Of a stretch of DNA of 52,361 nt, positions 28,153-35,325 are shown in pieces. The position numbers and the translations under genes are program-made. Within the stretch, counting starts at the first letter, position 1; every line of letters starts with the position of its first letter. The DNA is from a virus (Duplodnaviria; Caudoviricetes): IMG/VR virus record IMGVR_UViG_3300046004_001366, positions 1-52,361 of that record; one strand, given 5' to 3'. The notes under the pieces were generated by a model that saw only the letters and a program-made list of their open reading frames with translations, was not told the DNA's origin and made no database searches.

Positions 28153-28752
28153 TCATTCGATGATCTGCCAATCTTCAGCGAGCATGTCGGTTTGAGAGGC
28201 AAGCCAGCCGGTCAGCACCTTTTTATCCGCCGTGAACATTCGGATTGAGCCGAGTGCATCGAAGGTCTCGCCGCCAAGTTCAGATTCGATCACGGCTCGA
28301 AGCGCTGGATCGTGGATAACCTTCGTCGGAATGCCGTCACTGGCAGGCAGCAGGAACAGAAACATCCCTTTACCATTCCAGCCACTCCGAGCCACACGCT
28401 TGCCAAGTTTGAGGGCGACAATAGCTTCCCCGAAAGTGAGATGGCCGGAGATCGGGATGAGGGGCATGTATCCTTCCTCGAAAGCCTGCGCCGGGCTGAT
28501 GCTCATGTAACCGTCGTTGTAGCGAACGAAGTAATCCCCGACTTGAGGCTTGTGCTTGGACACAAATTCATCAGAGACGATGATAACAGGCGCGTTTGCG
28601 TCATCTCCAAGATACAGAGGAGTTTCACCAGTGATAACTTGAGGAGCGATGCCGGTGATTTTCTCAGCTTCAACAATCTTGTGGGACTTCCAACGGTGCA
28701 AAGGTCGGTGTATGACATTTTCAGGGATGGGGGGTGTGGATGTATCGTTCAT
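28153..28752 (-). CDS. DUF2829 / Tad2-like protein (putative Thoeris anti-defence sponge) with an extra N-terminal domain
   Basis: LTFGEAIVALKLGKRVARSGWNGKGMFLFL...GWLASQTDMLAEDW; N-terminal part contains GDYFVRYNDGYMSISPAQAFEEGY. Confidence 0.8.
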   Translation of the reverse strand: MNDTSTPPIPENVIHRPLHRWKSHKIVEAEKITGIAPQVITGETPLYLGDDANAPVIIVSDEFVSKHKPQVGDYFVRYNDGYMSISPAQAFEEGYMPLIPISGHLTFGEAIVALKLGKRVARSGWNGKGMFLFLLPASDGIPTKVIHDPALRAVIESELGGETFDALGSIRMFTADKKVLTGWLASQTDMLAEDWQIIE

Positions 28753-28823
28753 GGTGGTGCTTTTTGGTTCAGAGGGCGCAGGCGGAATTGCCTGTGATGC
28801 CCTCAAATTGGTTTCTGGTGAGT

Positions 28824-29657
28824 TCAAAAGTTGCTCGCCTCATCATCGTCGGTGCCGCGCATGGAATCCCATTCGCCGTAGCACAGAGCCACGCCACCGG
28901 AACGCAGCCGGTCAACGATACGACTGCCCAGCCACTTCTTGACTTCCGTAGCGATGGCATTGCCAAGGAGGATCGACGGCAACCCGTTTTTGTGGCGACG
29001 GTCCAAGATGGCGAAAAGAATCTCCTCGCCATCCTTGGGCAAGTCAGTGAGGCAAATCTCATCCAGCACCAGCAACGCAGCCGTTGCGTAGGTCCGCACA
29101 ATCGCCTCCGTGGTGTCGGTCTTGTAGGCGCGATGATAGTCAGCGAACAGGCGGGCGCATTCGGCCCAGGAGACGGACTTGCCCTTGACGATGTACTGAA
29201 TGGCTACCGCTGCCGCAAGGTGTCCCTTCCCTATCCCCGGAGTCCCGGCCAAGATCAAGTTGCGCAAGCCTCCTGCTGCAAAGATGGAGGTCTTCTCCAA
29301 GAACGTGCTCGGATGAGCATAGCCTTTGCCCTCTTTGACGTGATTACGCTCGATCAAGAAATTGCTGAGAGTCGCGTGCCTTACGTCGGCTGGAATGCCT
29401 GCGGCTATCACCCGCTTCTTGCAGCGCTCAAGGAATGCCTCATGCTCACAGGTGGCACAGACATAAACCAGTTTGCCCGCCTGCCATGATGCTTCCCGGT
29501 TGAGCGCATTGAGCATTCCGCCATGGATGCCGCAAGGCATGGCTGCGGGGGCTGCGTCGATTTCCTGCTCGAACGCTATGCTTCGGGCACGAACGATTTC
29601 AAGCAGTCGGTCAAGGCTGTGCAGGGAGAAGGCTGAATCTGGTATTTCGGTGGTCAT
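28824..29657 (-). CDS. DnaC/IstB-like AAA+ helicase loader
   Basis: Walker A GTPGIGKG, Walker B LLVLDEI, RIVDRL; Cys motifs near the N-terminus; follows the initiator gene. Confidence 0.85.
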   Translation of the reverse strand: MTTEIPDSAFSLHSLDRLLEIVRARSIAFEQEIDAAPAAMPCGIHGGMLNALNREASWQAGKLVYVCATCEHEAFLERCKKRVIAAGIPADVRHATLSNFLIERNHVKEGKGYAHPSTFLEKTSIFAAGGLRNLILAGTPGIGKGHLAAAVAIQYIVKGKSVSWAECARLFADYHRAYKTDTTEAIVRTYATAALLVLDEICLTDLPKDGEEILFAILDRRHKNGLPSILLGNAIATEVKKWLGSRIVDRLRSGGVALCYGEWDSMRGTDDDEASNF

Positions 29658-29661
29658 AAAT

Positions 29662-30420
29662 TTAGAATTTGCCGATTTCTTCCGGTGTTTTGCCGCGTGT
29701 GTGCGATTCTGCGTCATAGGCCGGGTGACGAGGCGGACGGGTGCCGCTGGCTTGTTTCTGGCTTGGAAGCCACTTCTGCGCTTTCCAGTTCCTCATGCCC
29801 GCCTGCCAGTCCTTGCTTGGGTTGCTGCCGTTCTTCCATCCGTTCGCCGTCCAGTGGTCGAACATCGCAGAGCCATCACTAGCCGGTTGACCTATTTCGA
29901 CGGCGAAGGCTTCGAGTTCCTCTCGCGTCCCCTTGGCTTTTGATTTTGCCAAAGGGATTACAGGGATAACTTCCGAAGGAAGTAATAGAGACTGAGACTG
30001 AGAAGAGACTGAGACTGAGAGCTTTTCCAATTGAAAGCCGTCGCTTTTCTTTTCGCTTAACCCATTAGAAAGCGGTGGGTTTATTTGGCTATCATTTGGC
30101 TTTTTCGGTCTGCCGCCTTTTTTTCCGTTCTCGCTTTGGGTTTTGCGATAGTCGTTCAACTCTTCGCGAAGTGACTCCATTCGTTGATTAGCAAGCGTTA
30201 AGCCATCTTCCGAGGTAACAAACTTGGCAATGACATCGACCAGTTTGGATGCCTTGATGCCCGTGATTCTCTCGATCTTTGCCGAGTTATTTGGGACGCT
30301 TCCTTGCTGCCACTGGTAGCAGAGTAGCCGGATATATGCGCCGACTTCATGCGCCTCCATGAGCATGGTGCCGCCAATAAAATCAGCGGGATAGAATTGG
30401 AATGATGGAGATGTCTTCAT
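29662..30420 (-). CDS. Phage replication initiator (DUF1376/YdaU-like)
   Basis: PSFQFYPADF...EVGAYIRLLCYQW...SENGKKGGRP; C-terminal FDHWTANGWK...KDWQAGMRNW. Confidence 0.8.
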   Translation of the reverse strand: MKTSPSFQFYPADFIGGTMLMEAHEVGAYIRLLCYQWQQGSVPNNSAKIERITGIKASKLVDVIAKFVTSEDGLTLANQRMESLREELNDYRKTQSENGKKGGRPKKPNDSQINPPLSNGLSEKKSDGFQLEKLSVSVSSQSQSLLLPSEVIPVIPLAKSKAKGTREELEAFAVEIGQPASDGSAMFDHWTANGWKNGSNPSKDWQAGMRNWKAQKWLPSQKQASGTRPPRHPAYDAESHTRGKTPEEIGKF

Positions 30421-30424
30421 AATT

Positions 30425-30643
30425 TTATCTGGCAAGCCTCCACCAAGAGCGCTGCTTGATGGTTGAGGTTCGATGCTCGATGTAACCTTTTTTGCACAAC
30501 GCTCGAAGGATCACACAGGCGTTGTTTTGACAGCATCCAAACCAACTGCTGATTTCTCGCGTGGTGGGAAGGCGGTCCTCTTGGTGATGGAAATCCTTCA
30601 AGAACTCGAGTACTGCCTCTTGGCGTGGCGTTAGTTCAGTCAT
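30425..30643 (-). CDS. LexA-type winged-HTH DNA-binding protein (no peptidase domain)
   Basis: LTPRQEAVLEFL...PTTREIS..FG...LRALCKKGYI. Confidence 0.8.
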   Translation of the reverse strand: MTELTPRQEAVLEFLKDFHHQEDRLPTTREISSWFGCCQNNACVILRALCKKGYIEHRTSTIKQRSWWRLAR

Positions 30644-30662
30644 GGTCAGCCCTTAAAATGGC

Positions 30663-30765
30663 GCTCCCCACACAGAACAGAGGTCGAAAACCGTATCGCT
30701 CGGTATTTCTCTGTTCTGGCGGGGAGCTTTTTGTTGTCTGACATTGCGATAATTCCGTTTCGACG
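30663..30765. other. Structured leader / cis-regulatory RNA element
   Basis: GCTCCCC..CAGAACAGAG / CTCTGTTCTG..GGGGAGC stem, plus an alternative GTCGAAA / TTTCGAC pairing. Confidence 0.45.
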
Positions 30766-30808
30766 CGGTGGGCTAAAATACTTGGAAGATTGACACTGCA
30801 AAGAGTTT

Positions 30809-30833
30809 TATCCGTTTTTGATGGTTCTGGATA
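30809..30833. promoter_or_regulatory. TATCC-N15-GGATA palindromic site, copy 3
   Basis: TATCCGTTTTTGATGGTTCTGGATA, upstream of the lexA-like/replication operon. Confidence 0.55.
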
Positions 30834-32528
30834 TTAGAAGCGGGCAGAAGCCGCCATTGAGCCGTCGTTGATGGTGGCAATACGAAGCATCTTCTGGCGT
30901 GTGCGATGAATCATCTTCTCGGTCATGCTGCCCGCTACGAAGGGGATAAACTGCTGACTGGCTGATTTGCCGCCAACACGGTCAACCCGTCCCGTGGCCT
31001 GCTCCATTTTGATAACGTGATCCGTTGGCATGATGTAGGAGACCCGTGCGCGCCAGCCATTGACATCGTGCAGCGAAACGGAAGCGCCCCCGGCTCCAAT
31101 GTTGTTGACGAGAACGTGTTGCCTGTCCGCCTGAAACTCCCGCTCCCAATACTGCCGCTTCTTCAAGGGCTGCCCACCATAGAACCCGGCAGAGGTGTTC
31201 AGCAGCTTCGACAGTCCAATGCGGGACTCATTGAAGTTCATAAACACGGCGACGCTTTTCCCGTCGCGCACGTCTTTCTTGATGCGGTCGGCCAGATACG
31301 GCACCAGCAGCATTTCACACTTCTTCCACATCTGCATGTGAGCCTGCTGCTCTTTGATGCGGAGTTGCGGAGCGCTCATTTGCAGGGCGAGACGACGAAG
31401 CATGTCCTCGGTGGCTTTCCATTCAGCTTCAACCTTCGCGGCTTCGGGAATATCGAATGGCAGCGTTTCAATGGTGGTCTCGGGGCATTCTTCGCCCAAG
31501 TCCTGCTTCCTAACGCGAGCGCCACGCCACGGGAAAAGCTGAGTGTTGATGCGCAACAGGTGGTGGTGCTTACCGTCCCACACATAGCTTTTCCCTTTGT
31601 TGTAACAGCCATGGTTCACAAGGAAGCGATGCCAATCGTCATCGCCCTTGTGCAATCCTGAAATGCGCCCGGCAAAGCGCATCTCAATCGGGGATGTTGC
31701 TATGGTGGCTGAAGCGACAATGATCGGTATGCCCTGGCGGACTGCCGCCGAACAACAGCGCACAGTCAACGTGTCGTCATGCCTCAATGCCTGCGCTTCA
31801 TCCAGAATGATCACGATTTCGCCCGGGTGCTTCCATGTGAATTTGCCCGTGGCATCCATGGTCGCGATGTGATCACGGAAACCACCGCGAACCGCTTCAT
31901 AAGTCGAGATGAAATGCGGAGTGATGCCGAAGTGCTCGCAGGCGCGTTGCCAGCCTGCCGCCCCGACAGTCGGGCAAAGGATAGCCGGGTCGCGCCCCGT
32001 GGCGATGGCGGCAGCGAGATCCTGATAGGTCTTGCCAATGCCCATGTCTGAGAAGTCCACAGCGCCGGGGTATCCCCATTCTGCCCGGCCCTGCATCAGC
32101 GCACGGTAAATCTGGCGGGTTGGTATCACCTGATACCCGCGCAACTTCGCCTCGATTTCGCTCGGCAGGTCAGGCAGCACGATTTGACGAGGCGCAGGAG
32201 CGCTTAACGCTAGGGGTTGATCGGTTGGTGCTTTCCCAAGTGCGATTATCTTCTCGCGGCCAACAGGAGTCAGGGTCAAGCCAGCGGGAGTCTCAAGGAG
32301 CCACTGACGCAAGAACCAAGCGCCGTTGAGTAGGCAGGTTGAAAAGCCGCGCTCCAACCATGCGCGCTTGTGCTTTACCCATGCCTGCTTGAAGGCAAAA
32401 TCATGGCTGATACCAATCTTGAGTTCACGAAACCGGCAGGTGCCGTCACGGGTCAGCTTTTGATGGAGCGGAGGCAAGGCTAGCCATTGCAACTCCACGG
32501 GTGGAGATGGGTCGGTAATGATGCTCAT
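30834..32528 (-). CDS. SF2 (SNF2-like) helicase
   Basis: SDMGIGKT, ILDEAQ, SAT, GGASVSLH, QATGRVDR; start overlaps the intI stop (ATGA). Confidence 0.85.
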   Translation of the reverse strand: MSIITDPSPPVELQWLALPPLHQKLTRDGTCRFRELKIGISHDFAFKQAWVKHKRAWLERGFSTCLLNGAWFLRQWLLETPAGLTLTPVGREKIIALGKAPTDQPLALSAPAPRQIVLPDLPSEIEAKLRGYQVIPTRQIYRALMQGRAEWGYPGAVDFSDMGIGKTYQDLAAAIATGRDPAILCPTVGAAGWQRACEHFGITPHFISTYEAVRGGFRDHIATMDATGKFTWKHPGEIVIILDEAQALRHDDTLTVRCCSAAVRQGIPIIVASATIATSPIEMRFAGRISGLHKGDDDWHRFLVNHGCYNKGKSYVWDGKHHHLLRINTQLFPWRGARVRKQDLGEECPETTIETLPFDIPEAAKVEAEWKATEDMLRRLALQMSAPQLRIKEQQAHMQMWKKCEMLLVPYLADRIKKDVRDGKSVAVFMNFNESRIGLSKLLNTSAGFYGGQPLKKRQYWEREFQADRQHVLVNNIGAGGASVSLHDVNGWRARVSYIMPTDHVIKMEQATGRVDRVGGKSASQQFIPFVAGSMTEKMIHRTRQKMLRIATINDGSMAASARF

Positions 32529-33541
32529 GCTACCCTCCTTTCAAAAGGCGTGATGTTTGGCGCGCTGTGATTATGTGCTTGGTCCATTGGGCTGGTTCTA
32601 CGTGTTGTCAGGCGAGGGAGGCAGTGAGCGTAAATTTGTGTCGTCGTGACATGCTTGTGACCCATCACCTCTTGAAGTTCCTGAATAGGCATTCCCGACA
32701 TAAGCATTTCGGTGGCAAAGGAGTGTCTCAATGAATGGACGGTGACACGCTGATTGCCGCTCCATAAGCGAACCGCTGCCGAGATGGCCTTGCCTAACGT
32801 ATCACGGTGGACATGATGCCTGCGCACAATGCCAGAACGCGGGTCGCGGCTCTCTGTATTACCAGCCCATACCCAAAACCAAGGCCAATCCTTGCCGGTG
32901 AACTTGGTAGATGGAACTTCAACACCAGGACGATCATTGCGGCGGTCATGCTCCCACACTGCCCGCATCCGCTGCTCCTGCTCTTTGAGCGCTGGAATAC
33001 ACGACTCAGGCAGGAATGTGACACGGTCCTTATCCCCCTTCCCTGATCTGATTACAATCTGCCGTTGCGCATAGTGAATATCCTTCCAGCGCAGGCTAGC
33101 AAGATCGTGACTGCGTAACCCGGAGCCATAGCCAATCTCCGCCATGAGCCGGTTTTGACCTTTCATGCAGGCAAGTAGCGCCATCATGTCCTCATGCGCT
33201 AACCACACGGGGAGTTTCTTGGGCCTGCGCGCCTTCGCCCAAGTCCCAAGATCACCTAACGGCTTCTCAATGACATGACGATAATAGAACACCAATGCAT
33301 TACGAAACAGGTTCTCGGAAGCGATTGACCAATGACGGGCCTTTGACTCCACGTACAGCCGCGCCAGTTCCTCGGGTGGCAGGGCCGCAAATCCCGGAAC
33401 TCTCACAGAAAAACGCATGAAGGCGCGGAGATGCCCTGTGTAACTGCTCTCCGTTGTGATTGCCCGTGCGCTCTTCGATGTCGCCATGACAACCCGCATA
33501 CGTTGAATGCGTTGCTCGATGATGTGTTCGTAGTTTGTCAT
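32525..33541 (-). CDS. intI: Integron integrase
   Basis: Tyrosine-recombinase residues are intact (YGSGLR, GKGDKDR, HSLRHSFAT, MGH, TTQIY). Contains the IntI-specific insertion W-x-WFWVW...SRDPRSGIVRRHH and RRPKKLPV; adjacent to an attC array. Confidence 0.93.
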   Translation of the reverse strand: MTNYEHIIEQRIQRMRVVMATSKSARAITTESSYTGHLRAFMRFSVRVPGFAALPPEELARLYVESKARHWSIASENLFRNALVFYYRHVIEKPLGDLGTWAKARRPKKLPVWLAHEDMMALLACMKGQNRLMAEIGYGSGLRSHDLASLRWKDIHYAQRQIVIRSGKGDKDRVTFLPESCIPALKEQEQRMRAVWEHDRRNDRPGVEVPSTKFTGKDWPWFWVWAGNTESRDPRSGIVRRHHVHRDTLGKAISAAVRLWSGNQRVTVHSLRHSFATEMLMSGMPIQELQEVMGHKHVTTTQIYAHCLPRLTTRRTSPMDQAHNHSAPNITPFERRVA

Positions 33542-33544
33542 ATT

Positions 33545-33579
33545 ATTGCGAAGTTCTTCCGTAGAATCATCTGTTCTGA
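33545..33579 (+). other. attI: attI-like recombination site (crossover G^TT at 33573/33574)
   Basis: GTTCTGAGAATC (33573-33584) is the exact reverse complement of cassette 1's R'' end GATTCTCAGAAC (33832-33843). No attC hairpin precedes it, and it lies about 30 bp from the intI start. Left boundary is uncertain. Confidence 0.75.
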
Positions 33580-33815
33580 GAATCCAAGACGCGGCGGGCT
33601 TCTTCCAGATACGTCCAGTTGATGCCTTCCCGGTCGGTGATGCGGATTGACGCGCCTTCCGCCCATAGAATCGCCTTGCGGAGAGCCTCTTTCAGTTGTT
33701 CGCGTGCGATGAAGTGATGCACGGCTTCTTCTTGGTGCGCAGTCAGCTCTTTTTTGAGTATGCTGTTTTCGTGTTCCAGCAGCTTGTTTTTCTCTTCTGG
33801 GGTGTATTGATACAT
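33567..33815 (-). CDS. Cassette 1 ORF, hypothetical 82 aa (stop codon lies in attI)
   Basis: MYQYTPEEKNKLLEHEN...LDSQNR*; the last codons cross the R' junction. Confidence 0.7.
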   Translation of the reverse strand: MYQYTPEEKNKLLEHENSILKKELTAHQEEAVHHFIAREQLKEALRKAILWAEGASIRITDREGINWTYLEEARRVLDSQNR

Positions 33816-33820
33816 GGTGG

Positions 33821-34192
33821 TTATTCGGGCTGATTCTCAGAACAAGCCGCGTCATCCGACGGCGATAACGCTCCGGTTTGTTTTCGGGCATCTGCGTCGC
33901 CGCGGATGCGCTCATCGTTGGGCGGCTCGGCTGGCGCTTCGGGTTGTTCGTCCATTGCCTGCTGCCGTTGCATTTCCGTGTAGTATTCTTCTTCGGACGG
34001 CTCTTGGGGCTTTGGCCGCTGTGCCCAAAGTTCAGCAGAGGCCGCGCTTTCAGCGTCCTGTCCGTTGTAGTAGCGGTCTTGCACTCGGTCTGGGTCTATG
34101 CGGTCAGTATTGCCACCGCTTCTCCACACCTCGTAGAAGACATCACTCTCGTATCTCCGTTGTTCTTCGCGTCTTTCTTCGTAGGATTTCAT
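33821..34192 (-). CDS. Cassette 2 ORF, hypothetical 123 aa (reads through attC1)
   Basis: MKSYEERREEQRRYESDVFYEVWRSGG...; the C-terminal ~30 aa (PPNDERIRGDADARK...CSENQPE) come from the attC1 bottom strand and the edge of cassette 1. Confidence 0.7.
   Translation of the reverse strand: MKSYEERREEQRRYESDVFYEVWRSGGNTDRIDPDRVQDRYYNGQDAESAASAELWAQRPKPQEPSEEEYYTEMQRQQAMDEQPEAPAEPPNDERIRGDADARKQTGALSPSDDAACSENQPE
33837..33923 (+). other. attC: attC site 1 (87 bp)
   Basis: R'' TCAGAAC, 5-bp spacer, L'' GCG(T)CATCCG pairing with CGGATGCGC, GGCGA/TCGCC stem, R' GTTGGGC. Confidence 0.88.
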
Positions 34193-34214
34193 ATTCGTTT
34201 ATCGTTGATTCGCC

Positions 34215-34306
34215 GCCCAACCAGTCACTTCAGCGAACCCGGCTGGGCGCTCTGGTTAGCAATCGGAGCGTCACTCGCGCCGGGTCGCTGAGTTCCATCG
34301 TTCCAC
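34215..34306 (+). other. attC: attC site 2 (92 bp)
   Basis: R'' GCCCAAC-CAGTC-ACT(T)CAGCG(A)ACCCGGC ... GCCGGGTCGCTGAGT-TCCATC-GTTCCAC; extrahelical bases in canonical positions. Confidence 0.92.
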
Positions 34307-34344
34307 CAAGAAAGGGATCGGCCCTTCCTTGGTGGCAGTTCGGT

Positions 34345-34632
34345 TTAGACGAGTTTCCGCCCTCCGTTTTCATCATCAGCGATCTTCACGCCGGGAACGA
34401 AGGTCAACGCCTCCGCCAGCGAATAGGTGCCGTCGATGTTCTTTTGCTGGGTCGTGACTTGGACGACGCAACCATGCGGTGTTTCCATCGCCTTAGTGCT
34501 TTTCATCCATCCCTCGTTTTGCGACGAGGCTTTGCATAGCAGCCGGAACGTGTCTCCGTTGCCGACGACTTTGATGTCTGGGACGTTTTGGCGAGCGCCG
34601 GAAACGTCTGAATTGTGCAGTGTCTTTTCCAT
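34345..34632 (-). CDS. Cassette 3 ORF, conserved phage-type hypothetical protein (95 aa)
   Basis: MEKTLHNSDVSGARQNVPDIKVVGNGDTFRLLCKASSQNEGWMKSTKAME...GCVVQVTTQQ...AEALTFVPGV; resembles a family I recall from phage genomes. Confidence 0.75.
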   Translation of the reverse strand: MEKTLHNSDVSGARQNVPDIKVVGNGDTFRLLCKASSQNEGWMKSTKAMETPHGCVVQVTTQQKNIDGTYSLAEALTFVPGVKIADDENGGRKLV

Positions 34633-34642
34633 AATATCAGAG

Positions 34643-34766
34643 GTGGAACAAGTAGCGGCAGACCAACCAGCGACCGCTCCGAGTTCCAAGTTTTCAGGTG
34701 TTAGTTTGGTTGGTGTGAGTATCGGCGCTCGCCCCCGTCGCTGTTGGCTGCGCATGGACGTTCGGC
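34643..34766 (+). other. attC: attC site 3 (124 bp)
   Basis: R'' GTGGAAC-AAGTA-GCG(G)CAG(A)CCAAC(C)AGCGAC ... GTCGCTGTTGGCTGCGC-ATGGAC-GTTCGGC. Confidence 0.88.
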
Positions 34767-34996
34767 TCAGTTTCGGGGATATAACAGACCATATGTTCCG
34801 GCACTCCGTACAGCACATTGCAGAGAGTCAGCGAGTTGCGCCATGTTGCGCGCTCCACCGTCGCAAGGCCGTTGCCAGTCGTGGACACTTCCACAGACTC
34901 GCCAGTTGCGAAGTTGCAATATTGTCCAGCCAGCGGAGCCGCAAGCCGAACAAATCGGATGCAGGCAACGGCTCGTATGGAGTTGGTAGCGTTCAT
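34694..34996 (-). CDS. Cassette 4 ORF, hypothetical 100 aa (starts in the attC4 remnant, ends inside attC3)
   Basis: ATG overlaps the TGA of the upstream gene (34993-34996); spans all of cassette 4. Confidence 0.55.
   Translation of the reverse strand: MNATNSIRAVACIRFVRLAAPLAGQYCNFATGESVEVSTTGNGLATVERATWRNSLTLCNVLYGVPEHMVCYIPETEPNVHAQPTATGASADTHTNQTNT
34945..34975 (+). other. attC: Truncated attC site 4 (R''-L'' arm only)
   Basis: GCCGAAC-AAATC-GGATGCAGGCAACGGC. AGCCGAAC complements GTTCGGCT at 34760. No matching right arm was seen downstream. Confidence 0.7.
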
Positions 34997-35232
34997 CCAA
35001 TAAGAAGAGTTTCCGGGATGGCGGACGTGATCTCGAAGATGAAGTCGTTCGCTGCCTTCTCCACGCCGTCGATGATGGCACCCTTGGCCATCACTAGTAC
35101 CTTCTCTGCCACATCGTCAGGCATGATCATTGTCGTCGTGGACTTGTCGCCGTTGATGGAGATTTCGGCCACAAGCTTGCCTTTGTTTTCGCCGTATTGG
35201 GCCACTTCAATCTTGAGCGATTTGAATTTCAT
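34993..35232 (-). CDS. Hypothetical protein
   Basis: 79-aa ORF co-oriented with the operon. Confidence 0.65.
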   Translation of the reverse strand: MKFKSLKIEVAQYGENKGKLVAEISINGDKSTTTMIMPDDVAEKVLVMAKGAIIDGVEKAANDFIFEITSAIPETLLIG

Positions 35233-35325
35233 ATCGGTGGTCTGAGGCTTGTTTTAGGGTTGCTGCTATCATTCTCATCGTTGGCAGAGAAGGGGTCGGA
35301 CCTTTCCCTGCCATTGTTTATTTCC

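Larger units (their letters stand above)
33574..34996 (+). mobile_element. Integron cassette array: cassette 1 33574-33917, cassette 2 33918-34300, cassette 3 34301-34760, cassette 4 34761-~34996
   Basis: Each unit's GTT-start is complementary to its own AAC end: 12, 10, 8 and 8 bp respectively. Confidence 0.88.

Noticed and set aside
29988-30021. GAGACT repeats as replication iterons
   Set aside because: They are short and explained by the SVSVS/SQSQS low-complexity linker of the initiator. An origin here is possible but unsupported.
33574-34996. CRISPR array or simple repeat family
   Set aside because: The units are not identical direct repeats. They are dissimilar imperfect palindromes with R''/L''/L'/R' structure separated by ORF-sized DNA, and no cas genes are present.
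33814-35245. Plus-strand ORFs (33814-34539, 34427-35245) as the real cassette genes
   Set aside because: They straddle cassette boundaries and have shadow-ORF composition. The minus-strand ORFs fit the cassettes and have ATG starts.
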